From Histomonas meleagridis 2922-C6/04-290x (lineage: Eukaryota > Protista > Parabasalia): DNA of 64,000 nucleotides. The stretch's first letter is position 1; each line of letters begins with the position of its first letter. The DNA is taken from the NCBI GenBank assembly GCA_020184695.1, contig JAANOX010000253.1, positions 186,001-250,000 on the forward strand, in the 5' to 3' direction. The translations under genes and the position numbers were made by a program. Positions 1 through 11,024 of the stretch are shown piece after piece. The notes below the pieces were generated by a model. That model was given only the letters and a program-made list of their open reading frames with translations, did not search any database and was not told where the DNA came from.

Positions 1-249
1 GGAAATTCAAAGTCCGAAAATACAATGGTGGAAATGATTATTGCACATAAGGATTACGTGTTGGCAGTGTCCGACTTAAATAACAAGTTGACATTGTTAT
101 GTTTGCCGTGTTTGAGGATTTTAAGGACTTTCGAGTTACAGGACGCAGTGGTAACGATGTACTTCGACTCAAGAACAAATGTTTTGTATTATGGGACTGA
201 AAATAATAAGGTGCTCAATAGACTTCCATTAAACTTTAAGAGTAAATAA
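1..249 (+). CDS. 3' end of a protein-coding gene entering from upstream, probably WD40/beta-propeller C-terminus (partial)
   Basis: Frame is open from base 1 to the stop at 249. It reads as short beta-strand blades (VLAVSDLNNKLTLL, VVTMYFDSRTNVLYYGTENNKV). Confidence 0.5.
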   Translation, partial: GNSKSENTMVEMIIAHKDYVLAVSDLNNKLTLLCLPCLRILRTFELQDAVVTMYFDSRTNVLYYGTENNKVLNRLPLNFKSK

Positions 250-451
250 TACTATGAATAATAATTAATTTTTTGTTGTTATGAATTTTTCATCATTTTT
301 TTCACAAAAATTTTCATCAAATTATATGAAAATCATACAATGAAATATGATATAAAATATTCTATTTATCAAATTTAATGCGTTAATAATAATATATGAA
401 AACAAAATGAATTTAGGAAATGTTTATTTCAATATTTAAATATTTCCTCTT

Positions 452-3179
452 TTATCCTTGTGAATCTTTTAATTTTATTATGTCGTCACATTTATGATGT
501 TGAATTTTGTCTGCAAATAATCGAATAATTTCTACATTTTTCTTTTCTGATGCTATCATAAGCGCTGTTTTATATGTTTATAAGTAATTCCAAATGTTTA
601 TATGAAATTTTATATTTTTTAAAAATATTTTAAATAAAACAAAAAAATATTTTTAGCATCGATATCAATATTCTCTTGTTCAAGAAGTAATTGAACTATT
701 TCTGTATGACCATTCCAAGATGCATCCATAAGTGCTGTATAAAATAATTTAAATAATTTCCAAATATTATTTTGAAATAAGAAATTATTAAAATAAATTT
801 TAAATAAAACAAATAAATATCTTTAGCATTTATATCAATTCCTTTTTGTTCAAGAAGTAATTTAACTATTTCTATATTACCTTTTTCAGATGCTTTCATA
901 AGTGCTGTTCTAAATAATTTAAATAATTTCCAAATATTATATTGATATCCAAAATTATTAAAATAAATATTAAATAAAAAAAAAAAATAAACTAAATAAA
1001 CAAATATCTTTACCATTGACATCAATTCCTTCATGTCCAAGAAGTAATTTAACGACATTAATTTTTTTTTTTTTTTAATTGCACAAATAAGTGATGTGTA
1101 AAATATTTTAGATAATTTCCAATTGTAATTTTGAAACCCAAAATTATTATAATAAATTTTAAATAAAACAAATAAATATCTTTTGCATTAATATCAATTC
1201 CTTCTTGTTCAAGAAGTAATTTAACTATTTCTGTATGACCATTTTCAGATGCTAATGTAAGTGCTGTATTAAATATTTTAGTTAATTTCCAAATTTTATA
1301 TTGAAATATCAAATTATCTAAATAAATACTAAATAAAACAAATAAATATTTTTAGCATTAATATCAATTCCTTTTTGTTCAAGAAGTAATTTAACTATTT
1401 CTGTGTGACCATTTTCAGATGCACAAATAAGAGCTGTTTTAAATATATCAAATAATTCCTAAATATTATTTTGAAATTTCAAAAAATTAGCATATATTTC
1501 AAACAAAAAAAATATAATTTGTCATTAGCGTTTTGACTAGCTTTTTTTTTCGAGAAAATCATATTGAAGATTCCACTGAAACCTTTGTCAAATGCATAAT
1601 CAAGTGCTATCCAAAATATGTTAGATAACTTGCAAATATTTCTTTGAAATACCAAATTAATAAAACAAAAATAAAACAATATTATTAAATATTTTGAGTA
1701 TTTGGATCATTTTCTTCTTGATCAAGAATCATTTTTACTATTTTTTCGTTACGGTTTTTGGTTGCAATTGTAATTGCTGTATCAAATCTTGAAAATAAAT
1801 TCCAAATATTATTTTGAAACATAAAATTATTACAACAAATTTTTAATAAAGCAAATGAATATCTTTAGGACTTATATCAATTCCATGTTCAAGAAGTAAC
1901 TTAATTAATGTTATATCATTATTTTTAGCGGCTGATATAAGTACTGTTTGAAATGTTTCAAACAATTTCCAAATATTATATTAAGATATTAAAAAATCAT
2001 TAAAAGAAAATCCAAATAAAACAAACAAATATTTTTAGCGTTAATGTCAATATCTTTTTGTTCCAAAATATATTTAACAAGTTCAATATTTTCCAAATAT
2101 GTATAGACTAATATATTCTTTGGGATTTGATTTAACTTCAATAAATCTTTAAGAATAAAAATATTTCCATACTTAACTGATTCTTTAAAAATATTTTCAT
2201 CAATTTTCATTCCTTCACTTAATAAGAATGAAAAAATCTCAAAGTTACAAGAACCAACACATTTTTTACCTAAATTGCTTAACTCATTTAAACTTGGTTT
2301 CTTATTTTGATATAAATAATGAAATATTTGGTTTTGATGATACTCAATTGCTATATAATAAAATCTTGGAAAAGGAACTTCATTCTTCTCACAATGATGA
2401 AATATTTCGATGTTTCCACCTGCAATTGCATATTTAATAGTTCTATCTGTTATAGAAGTATTTAACAACATAAATCTAAAACATTTAATCGATCCAAAAA
2501 ATGCTGCATAGTCAATAAGTGAAACATTCCAATTATCAAGAAATGAATATCTTTCATAAAGTGATGGTTCAAATTTTTGATCAAAATTAAATCCTCTTTT
2601 CATTGATATTTGTTGAAGTTTTTCAAGATCATCACTTCGTATAGCTTTTACAATTTCAGATGGATTTACTCCTTCATTAACTAATTGTTTATGTAATTTC
2701 CAATTGTTTTTGCTAAGTTTTTTTTCATTAGAAAGAAAATATTTAAATTTGTGACTCTCATCAATTTGTTCTGTCATATAATGTGCAAAATATGGTGTTA
2801 AAGTAAGTTTATATATAAAGTCAGGTTGAATCAATTTTCTTTCAACCATTTGATTGAGAATATAATTCGATTCACTTGAATCATAAATAATTAAAAATTG
2901 CTTAAATGTTTCGAAAATTTGAGGATTTGGTTTAAATTTTACTTCAATGTTTTCAACTTCTCTTAAAAATTCAAAATAAATATCAATATTTTTCTTCTTT
3001 GAAATAAAAGCAGAATAAATTAAATGAATAAGAATATTATTGAACGAATATGTTAAATCTTTATCATAATATTGTATAACTAATTGTGCATTATAACTAA
3101 CATTACTTTCATCTAAGTCAAAAACAATATGTTGAATGTTTTGAAGAATTTGTAAATATTGGAAGTTTTTGGAATCCAT
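452..3179 (-). CDS. Ankyrin-repeat protein (DUF3447-like N-terminal region plus about 10 C-terminal ankyrin repeats), interrupted by 37 17-nt elements; about 699 aa after their removal
   Basis: ORF 1989-3179 gives the N-terminal region (SLIDYAAFFGSIKCFRFM, IKYAIAGGNIEIFHHCE). Downstream 90-93 nt coding blocks read TALxxASENGHTEIVKLLLEQxGIDINAKD. Removing the 17-mers joins them to a TAA at 452-454. One residual frameshift remains at an A15 run (1062-1076). Confidence 0.8.
572..2030 (-). other. Nine clusters of 17-nt U-rich intervening elements separated by single-codon micro-exons (37 elements)
   Basis: Clusters at 1951-2030, 1784-1860, 1614-1690, 1441-1517, 1271-1347, 1101-1177, 912-1005, 742-818, 572-648. 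Example, sense strand: AAT|ATTTATTTGTTTTATTT|AGT|ATTTATTTAGATAATTT|GAT|ATTTCAATATAAAATTT|GGA|AATTAACTAAAATATTT|AAT ACA GCA CTT = N-S-D-G-N-T-A-L. Confidence 0.85.
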
Positions 3180-3294
3180 TTCTCTAAAAACAAAAAATAA
3201 TAATTCGATACTTTATACATGTATCAGCCGTTAATTGGAATACCCCCATAAAAGAGACAAAAAATGAGTTTTTTATATCACATTTCATGATTTT

Positions 3295-3300
3295 TCACTT
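3295..3300 (+). promoter_or_regulatory. Initiator (Inr) element TCACTT of the USP gene
   Basis: Matches the trichomonad Inr consensus TCA(Y)T, 10 nt before the ATG at 3310. Confidence 0.6.
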
Positions 3301-3309
3301 TTGCCACAA

Positions 3310-5361
3310 ATGGAAGTTGGAACTTTAACACCAGGAACTCATGTCGAAAACGAAGAGTGTTGCTATTGCTTTAACGACTACGATGGCCCAGATGGAGTCA
3401 ATATTTGCTTGCAATGCTTCACATGCTGCTGCAAGAAACATGCAATCCAACACATGAAAGAGAGACAACACACGACATTTCTCTCACGTAAGCGCATAAC
3501 AATCGAATCAGAAGCAGAGCCAACCAAACTCGCAATTGGTACAGATGGTGGATTTGGTAATGTGAAATATGAATATGAATTTCAAATTCGTATGTTTACT
3601 GAAGATGGTTACGAGGTATTACCAGAGGAAATGTTTGAGGGAGATGAAGAAGTTCAATCACTTATCAACAAACTTAAAGCTTCACCATCAATATCTACAC
3701 AAGACTTAGTCGAATCATGGGAACTTCAAATCGTTGAATGCCCTCACATCAAAAACCTTCAACAAGAGCCAAAAGAAAATCCGACAGTTCAAATGAAATG
3801 TGATGAATGTGAACTTTCCAATAATCTTTGGTTATGTCTTACTTGTGGTCATATCGGTTGTGGGCGACGTAACTTCGATGGTTCTGGTGGTAACAATCAT
3901 GCAGTTGATCATTTTGATCAAACACATCATCCAGTTTCAGTCAAACTTGGAACCATTTCGCCCGACGGTTCCGCCGATCTTTATTGTTATCAATGCGACG
4001 AGACCGTTACCGACTCCAAAATTTCGGAGCACCTCAAACCGTTTGGAATTGATGTTCAAACGTCACAGAAAACAGAGTCGACAACAACAGAACTTAACTT
4101 TGCGATCAATAAGGATTGGGATTTCTCTGCTGTCACAACAGACGGTAAAGAATTCGATAAACTTGAAGGGCCATTTTCAGTTGGGTTACGTAACTTAGGT
4201 AATACATGTTACATGAACTCAATTCTTCAACTTATTTCTCATATCCCATCATTTGTCGAAGAATTTTTGGTACCAAAAACAATGTCTAATTTACGATGGA
4301 CAGATCCAAAATGTCAATTCCGACGTCTATTTAAAGCAATGAGAAAAGGAAAATATAAATCAGTATCACCACGTATATTACGTTCTGTAATATGTCATGG
4401 TAATACACAATTCCTTAGTGCACGTCAACAAGATGCTGCCGAATTCTTCATGTATTTGTTTAATTATATTAAGGTACATTATCCACAAAGTTCATTAGTT
4501 AAATCAGAATTCGATGCAATACAAGTAATGAAATGTGATGAATGTGGTTGCGCTTCAACAATACCTATGAAGGATCAAGCATTTTTGGTATTAACTCCAT
4601 GTGTTGGAATTGTTACTAATAATGAAGAAGAAATTACTATCAAAATGGACGAACTTTTGGAAACAAGTTTCATACATATATATGAAGAACGTAAATGTGA
4701 TAAATGTAATCATGTCGGCGCAACTTCAATACAACAGATAAAGAATTTCCCAGAATATTTATTCGTATCTGTAATTCTCGATTCGACAAATGAAAAAGGA
4801 ATGGTACAAAAGATGAATATTAATATCGATATGGATCCAATGAATTTAGATTTAACAAAATATGAATGTACAGAACAAAAGGAAACTATTGATGAACAAA
4901 AAGTTAATGAATTAATGAATTTGGGATTTTCAAGAGCACAATGTGTTAGAGCTCTTCAAAATGTCGGAACCATCGAAGAGGCTGTTGATTGGATAGTATC
5001 AAATCCAATGGAACAAAGTCCAGCAGTACAACAAGTAATGGAAATGGGATTCACTGAAAGTGAAGCAAGAGAAGCATTAGAGGAATCATCTGGAAATATT
5101 GGATTAGCTATAGAATGGTTATTTGGACCAAGACAAAAGAAAGCTAAGGTTGAAAGATCAAATGGAAAAGGCATATATGAACTAATTGGTTTCGTACAAC
5201 ATAAAGGACCTTCTGCTTTATGTGGACATTATATTGCAAATGTTAAATTTGATGGAAAATGGATATTATATAATGATGAAAAAGTAGCTGTTTATCCAGA
5301 TGATTATCCACCACAATTTGGAAAGGGTTATCTGTACATGTACAGAAGAAAACAAGAGTAA
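3310..5361 (+). CDS. USP5: Ubiquitin carboxyl-terminal hydrolase, USP5/USP13/Ubp14 type
   Basis: ZnF-UBP (CDECELSNNLWLCLTCGHIGCGRRNFDGSGGNNHA), Cys box GLRNLGNTCYMNS, QQDAAEF, two UBA domains, His box HKGPSALCGHY. Confidence 0.92.
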   Translation: MEVGTLTPGTHVENEECCYCFNDYDGPDGVNICLQCFTCCCKKHAIQHMKERQHTTFLSRKRITIESEAEPTKLAIGTDGGFGNVKYEYEFQIRMFTEDGYEVLPEEMFEGDEEVQSLINKLKASPSISTQDLVESWELQIVECPHIKNLQQEPKENPTVQMKCDECELSNNLWLCLTCGHIGCGRRNFDGSGGNNHAVDHFDQTHHPVSVKLGTISPDGSADLYCYQCDETVTDSKISEHLKPFGIDVQTSQKTESTTTELNFAINKDWDFSAVTTDGKEFDKLEGPFSVGLRNLGNTCYMNSILQLISHIPSFVEEFLVPKTMSNLRWTDPKCQFRRLFKAMRKGKYKSVSPRILRSVICHGNTQFLSARQQDAAEFFMYLFNYIKVHYPQSSLVKSEFDAIQVMKCDECGCASTIPMKDQAFLVLTPCVGIVTNNEEEITIKMDELLETSFIHIYEERKCDKCNHVGATSIQQIKNFPEYLFVSVILDSTNEKGMVQKMNINIDMDPMNLDLTKYECTEQKETIDEQKVNELMNLGFSRAQCVRALQNVGTIEEAVDWIVSNPMEQSPAVQQVMEMGFTESEAREALEESSGNIGLAIEWLFGPRQKKAKVERSNGKGIYELIGFVQHKGPSALCGHYIANVKFDGKWILYNDEKVAVYPDDYPPQFGKGYLYMYRRKQE

Positions 5362-5486
5362 AAATTGATTGAAACATCAAATTTGATGTGATTTACTTGA
5401 AACGATCATGTTGAATTCAATTTCCTTTGGGGGTGCCCCTTCATAAAAAGTTTGTAAAAACTGCCAACAAAAATACGTTAATTCGA

Positions 5487-6470
5487 ATGGAAGAACAGGA
5501 AAACAAAGATTCGTCTGAAGAAAACGAAATAGATTTTTCAAATAAAATTGCATTGCCACAAGCTGCTTTTTCTGGAGAAGAAGCAATAGCTATACTAATT
5601 TTAAAATGGTGTCCTGAATTTGAAAATTTTTCAATTCTTAGAACAGATAATGAAAATGAAATAGAAAAATGTGCAATAAAAATAAGTATCCAAGGGGAGT
5701 ATAACCATGAAAATAAAACTTATGTGAAAATTACAAATGCAAACTTTCCAGATATGCCATCTACACTCAGTGTTGCAGGGGTTGTGTATGGACATTATGG
5801 AACAATTGCAATCAGAAACAAGTTAAAAAATTATAAATTTGATAATGAAGAATCTGATATCAAGTTCATTTTCAAAAAACTTTATAATTCCATAATTGAA
5901 CCTCTAGATAAAGGCGAATACAGTGATATAAGAAATCTTGCACAAATTTTAGATCCCATTGAAGATCCTGATCCATATGTTAAACAAGAACTTTTTGAAC
6001 ATTTAATCCATATCATTGAAGAACAATTTGATCAACGTCTCCAGTATTTTACAAAAAAGTTCATTCCATCTCGTAATATTCTTCGAAGATACGTTCAAGA
6101 TCCCAAAAATTTGTCAAAAGATATTTTGGTACTTCCAACATATATTCCTCTTGAACAAAATATTGATATAATTCAAGCAAAAAGTAATCCAAAAAATCCG
6201 ATCAGATTTGTTTCAATGCCACGTAGCACTGGTGATGCAGGTGTTTACGCATTGAAGCTAAGGCCAAATAATAGACTAAGATATTGCGGAGCACGAAATG
6301 AGTCGTTGACAAGCTGTTTACAAAATTTCCCTAACATCGATTGTTGGATACATCCAAATGGAACAATCGGAGGATTCCCAACCCTTAATTATGCAAGTGA
6401 ATACCTAAGACAAATAACTAAGGTGGATAAGGGAAGTTTACAATCAAGTAGTACTAAAGATGTTTTTTAA
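5487..6470 (+). CDS. MYG1-family protein with degenerate catalytic motifs
   Basis: Aligns by eye with MYG1 (EEAIAILILKWCPEFENFSILRT, LSVAGVVYGHYG, CWIHPNGTIGG). The usual THxGxFHxDE and DHHQ motifs are replaced. Confidence 0.65.
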   Translation: MEEQENKDSSEENEIDFSNKIALPQAAFSGEEAIAILILKWCPEFENFSILRTDNENEIEKCAIKISIQGEYNHENKTYVKITNANFPDMPSTLSVAGVVYGHYGTIAIRNKLKNYKFDNEESDIKFIFKKLYNSIIEPLDKGEYSDIRNLAQILDPIEDPDPYVKQELFEHLIHIIEEQFDQRLQYFTKKFIPSRNILRRYVQDPKNLSKDILVLPTYIPLEQNIDIIQAKSNPKNPIRFVSMPRSTGDAGVYALKLRPNNRLRYCGARNESLTSCLQNFPNIDCWIHPNGTIGGFPTLNYASEYLRQITKVDKGSLQSSSTKDVF

Positions 6471-6492
6471 TAAAAATATAAATATATATTTA

Positions 6493-7950
6493 TAGGACGA
6501 GAAATGGTTCCCTGATTTTGTTGTAAAAATACGATATAAATATTATATTATACTGATACCAAAAACCTTAGTTAATTCATTGAAGAATTCACAAGAAATT
6601 CAAAATTACCATATAATCATTTATAACATGAGACAAGAGGGATTCAGCATTTTAAATGTGCATTATCTAATAGATGTAATTGCAACTCTTACATCAAAAT
6701 TAAGGATACACAAGGATTTCGCATTATTGAAGCTGATTGGAAACATAATCACAACCTAGATAAATTCTTTATTCAATTTCATATTAATTGTTGTAATAAA
6801 GAAACAATAAATCAAATTCACAAAATGCAAATGCTTGATATGTCACCAGGCCAAATTAGAAAAAATTTAGGCTTAACTATTCCATCAAAGCAATTTTATG
6901 AAATTAGATGTTATCAAATCAAATAAAAAAGAAAGTCTTGATAATGTTATAAAGATACTTAATGATGATTTATTTGCATGCATTATACCCAAAACACAGG
7001 ATGGAAATTTAATTGGAATAACAGCAATTAATCAACGAATTTCTTGTGCTTCTTATGCAAGAAATATCGTATTTGTTGATGATACAACATCATCTAATGA
7101 TTATGAATGGCCATTAGAAGTAATTATTGTTATCAAGATATTTTTCAAATGATTCCGAATTCTTAAATTAATATTACAAAATGATAAAAGATATTTCATA
7201 TTATGAACAATTCATTAATCAACTAGATCAGGTTCTTATCGAATTTCAATATGATTCACCTGGATATAGAACATTGAAATGGATGAAAGATAATGTAAAT
7301 CAATGGTTATAAATTAAATTGATTGAACGAGTAGTAATTGCAGACGGATAACGAACAGGGCAGAGGGGTTTTTTGGTTTTTTTAAAAATACTTTTGGCTT
7401 TATAAAGGTTTCTTTCATCATCTTATGTCAAAATCTAATTATTTTCTCAAAAACATCATCACAAAATTCATTATATAGTAGATCATCAACAGACAAATTT
7501 CATCAAAATCCAGAATGTGTAAATAGAAATATAATATCCAAAATTGGAAGATATGCACTTGAAGTTTTGGATAAAATACCAATTATTTATCAAAGAGAAG
7601 ATCAAGAACTTGTTCCAACAATTCCAAATTTACACGAAAATATTGTTAATTTAAAACAGTCCTTAAATAATTGAGAAATTATGGCACAAATTAGTTTTTA
7701 TGCTTCGGTCGCGAGGTATAACCCCAAAATTGCAGAAGAACTCTATTAAAAGACTTGATAATATAATCCCATTACCAAATGATGGTATGCCGAAAATACA
7801 CACTCATTCTGGATGCCATCCTGTTCATCCATCCCATAATGTTATACTTGGTGGGAGAAGAAAAGAAAAAGGAATTCGATGCTGCTCAATATGCGGACAC
7901 AATAAAGCTACATGCAAATTTAATAGAAGACAAATAAATTATTTTTTTAT
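6493..7950 (+). mobile_element. Decayed Mutator-like (MULE) transposase
   Basis: Fragments include an N-terminal CTHKDFR..ADWKHNH WRKY/FAR1-like domain, VFVDDTTSSNDYEWPL (DDE region) and a C-terminal zinc knuckle CCSICGHNKATC. Multiple stops and frameshifts. Confidence 0.7.
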
Positions 7951-7952
7951 TA

Positions 7953-7985
7953 CAGTAATGTATAAAAAGTGGTAACGGTATAAAA
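7953..7985 (+). repeat. Left terminal inverted repeat (33 bp)
   Basis: Exact reverse complement of 9664-9696. Confidence 0.92.
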
Positions 7986-9663
7986 TATGGTAACGACGGT
8001 TATTCCGTTAAATGTGAAAATTAAATGAAAAAACAAAAATTTCTCAAAATATATGTAATAATTTCTTTGTTAACCAACTTAAAAATATATTATAGAATAT
8101 TTTTTATATTAATTTAGATTTTTAAATCATTTTTTTTTATTACATTATTTGTTAAATTAAAAATAAAAAAATTAATTAATTGATGATTAATTTTTCACCA
8201 TCAATTGTTTTCTGAAATTTTTCAGAAAAAAATTGTTTGTTTATCCATCCCCATCTTTATGCTTTTTTTCTAGGAGACATGGATTCTTCTGAGTAGTTAT
8301 AATCCCAAATTTCTTTAAATTCATCATAATTTTCAACTTTTCGACGATTTAATTTTGAATAATCCACACCATTTTTCTTATAATATTCAAATTCAGTATG
8401 CTTAAATGAAGCATGGATATTTGTTTAACATGTGCTTAATTCATAAGCTCTAAAAATCTTATATAAATGCTGAAGTTTTGGATGAATATCATCATTATTT
8501 GGAATATATTTTTTGTGATTTTTTGAAATACCAAAAAGCGAACGATCTATTAACTTGAAATGAATGAGAAGTATGAGGGGGATAAGTAATAATAACTAAA
8601 ATCATAAGTTTTGCTGATTTTTTTAATAGTTTTTCATCAAGATAACAAGAACAATTATCAAAAAAGAGAATCGCCGGTTTTTCTGAACAATCAGGTCCAT
8701 TTCGATCAGATTTAATATGCGGAACAAATTTCTGTAGAATAAATTCAGTAAATATTTCTTTTGTAACATAAGATGATGCTTCAACCCTTATACTTAGATC
8801 AACATCCCTTCTTATTGGTGTATTAAATATTTCTTCTGAATTTGGATCAGATGTAATTATTAGAGGGAAATAAGCATCGCCACCACCATATATTGTGACA
8901 ACAAGGGTTAAATATCTTATTCTCCTATTTACTGGATAATGAAGACTTCTATTTTCAAGTTCCTTTGGGACTACAACCATTTTCGGTTTTCTATCTTCCC
9001 AATCTGATAAACCCACCTCATCGATATTATAGATTAATTCTGCAGGGGGTATTTTCTATAACTTTTTCGATGAGGTCAAGGTACTCTATCAAGTACTTAC
9101 GCGGAACTTTTAACCTTGTGTCTTCTTGTGATTAATTAATGGTTTTGATAATTTAAGTAGAATGACGATCAAAAAAACTATCTAATCAGCCCCTCGTTAG
9201 ACGTACGTTAGATTTTTCTTCTACAAATCGAAGTACCTCCGAAAGGGTCATGTATTCATATATATTTCTTCTTGATAAAATTTCTCGAATAACAATTTTC
9301 TCCTCTTCTTCGGATATACTTAACGGTCCCCCAATTTCTTTTTTTTTTTGTTCGCTTTGCATAAAATTATCCGAACATCACCTTCGGTAATATTAAAGAT
9401 CTTTGCTATTAGTTTAGCATTTGCTGTAATAAAACAATTTGTTTTTAAGAATTGACGAATGAAAGATAATTGTTCATTTCGGAAAGAACTAGTTATAAAA
9501 CCATCATTTCTTGTATGTGCCCGAACATCAATAGGGCGAATGATTGTCCCAATGCATCTCTCACAAAATTCTTCTTTTGATAAAGGAGGAGCTTTCGGCG
9601 GCATGTAAAAAATTAAAAATAAATGAAAAAAATTTTAAACGTACATTTATCGGCGTTATGATG

Positions 9664-9696
9664 TTTTATACCGTTACCACTTTTTATACATTACTG
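9664..9696 (-). repeat. Right terminal inverted repeat (33 bp)
   Basis: Exact reverse complement of 7953-7985. Confidence 0.92.
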
Positions 9697-9973
9697 TATT
9701 TTATAAATAATTTGTGTGTTTGAAATTATTCAAAATTTGAATTATTTCATATGAAATTTTCACATCATGTCGGCCATTTTCCGTTTCATTACGTCCAATC
9801 GTTGAATATCGTGAATTTTTGTATTCGAGATTTGAAAAACCGATTTTTTTGTGTAAAGATGCATCTTTTAAAAATTGTGCTGTAAAATGCTGTATTAATA
9901 TCATATTTTAATATGTGTTTATTATAATTGAATAGATACTCTTCTACATTATTTATAATACTTTATATTATTT

Positions 9974-11024
9974 TATAGGGTGTCCCACATTACCGTAGAA
10001 TCTCAAAGAATAAACAATAATAAAATAATTTTTAATTATCATTTTATTTAGCGTGAAAATATTCACCATTGTGCTCAATTATCCAGTTGCATCTTATCTC
10101 CCATTCTTTAATAACTTGAATGGGTGTTTCGTGTTAAATTTGAGCTGAAATTTCGGTTACTGCTTCGAATAGATCTTTTGGGGTATCGAACGAACGCCCT
10201 TTGAGCTTTTCTTTTACATACCCAAATATATAGAAGTCGGATGGAACAATATCTGAGGAATAAGGTGAATGAGGGGTTATTTATATAAAGATTTGTTGAG
10301 TAAATTTTTTGTACGTCGAGAATTGTGAACTTTACAATTATCGAGATGGAGCCATATTATATGTTTTCTACTCCCTGGCCAGATCGTATTACTTTTTTCA
10401 TTTAATGGCACCATAATATTATCGATGAAATATTGGCTATTATATGAAGTATTATTTTGAGCCATGTATACGATGTGAAATCCCCAAACACCCCAAATTA
10501 TCGTGAATATAATTTTTGAAATGTTAATATGAGAACCGTCTCCAATCGAGTTCTCATTTTCTTCTAGAACCCATTTTCCAGAAATACTTGATGAAAAAGG
10601 CTTATCTTCTAAAATTTGCTGAATTCTTAATAAAAGTTGTTCGTCTATAATATTTTTAGCTTCTTTCTCATCGAGACGACGGTTTGCAAGTGGGAGATTG
10701 AACTTTACTTATTTCATCCATATATATATTGTGGATGACTTGTAGGCACTCTAATCGAACTTCATTTTGAATGCGTCTGAAATTTGTTGATGATTGCACC
10801 CTTGTTTGTATAGATTAATGATGATATCCTTTTGACTCATATTTTTTTTGACCCCTAACGGTCGTCGTACGAAATTTAAAAACACATTTCCTCAATATAT
10901 AATAAAAATCATTAAATAATATTTATAAAATTTTTAACATAATTTATTGCAGAATTATCTGATATGACGCGATTTTACTGATTTCTTTTATGCGTCGAGA
11001 TTCTACGGAAAGATAGGTACTATA
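9974..11024 (-). mobile_element. Decayed, internally deleted mariner-like element
   Basis: Minus-strand fragments: HTH-like MSQKDIIINLYKQGCNHQQISDAF, and IWLHLDNCKVHNS plus YSPDIVPSDFYIFGY-like mariner motifs. End begins TATAGGGTGTCCC. The 12-mer CCGTAGAATCTC (9993-10004) is inverted at 10997-11008. Confidence 0.65.

Larger units (their letters stand above)
7953..9696 (-). mobile_element. pogo/Tc1-mariner superfamily DNA transposon with perfect 33-bp TIRs, TA target-site duplication and a decayed DDE_1-type transposase
   Basis: TIR CAGTAATGTATAAAAAGTGGTAACGGTATAAAA at 7953-7985 and its reverse complement at 9664-9696, flanked by TA on both sides. ORF fragments 9320-9604 and 8495-9016 (PAILFFDNCSCYLD, TYPPHTSH). 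Confidence 0.88.

Noticed and set aside
696-1679. ORF-track entries 696-1058, 1058-1312 and 1479-1679 as separate membrane proteins
   Set aside because: Their hydrophobic F/I/L/Y stretches are read-through of U-rich spacers. They are pieces of one ankyrin gene.
572-2030. Reading each 77-80 nt insert as one canonical intron (for example from the GT in TTTGTTTT)
   Set aside because: No AG acceptor and no ACTAAC branch motif. One excision does not rebuild the conserved Gly, whereas the 4x17 parse does, and it also explains the 60- and 94-nt variants.
452-2030. CRISPR-like interpretation of the repeat-spacer periodicity
   Set aside because: The conserved units are ankyrin-coding blocks in a eukaryotic gene. 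There are no cas genes and no identical palindromic repeats.
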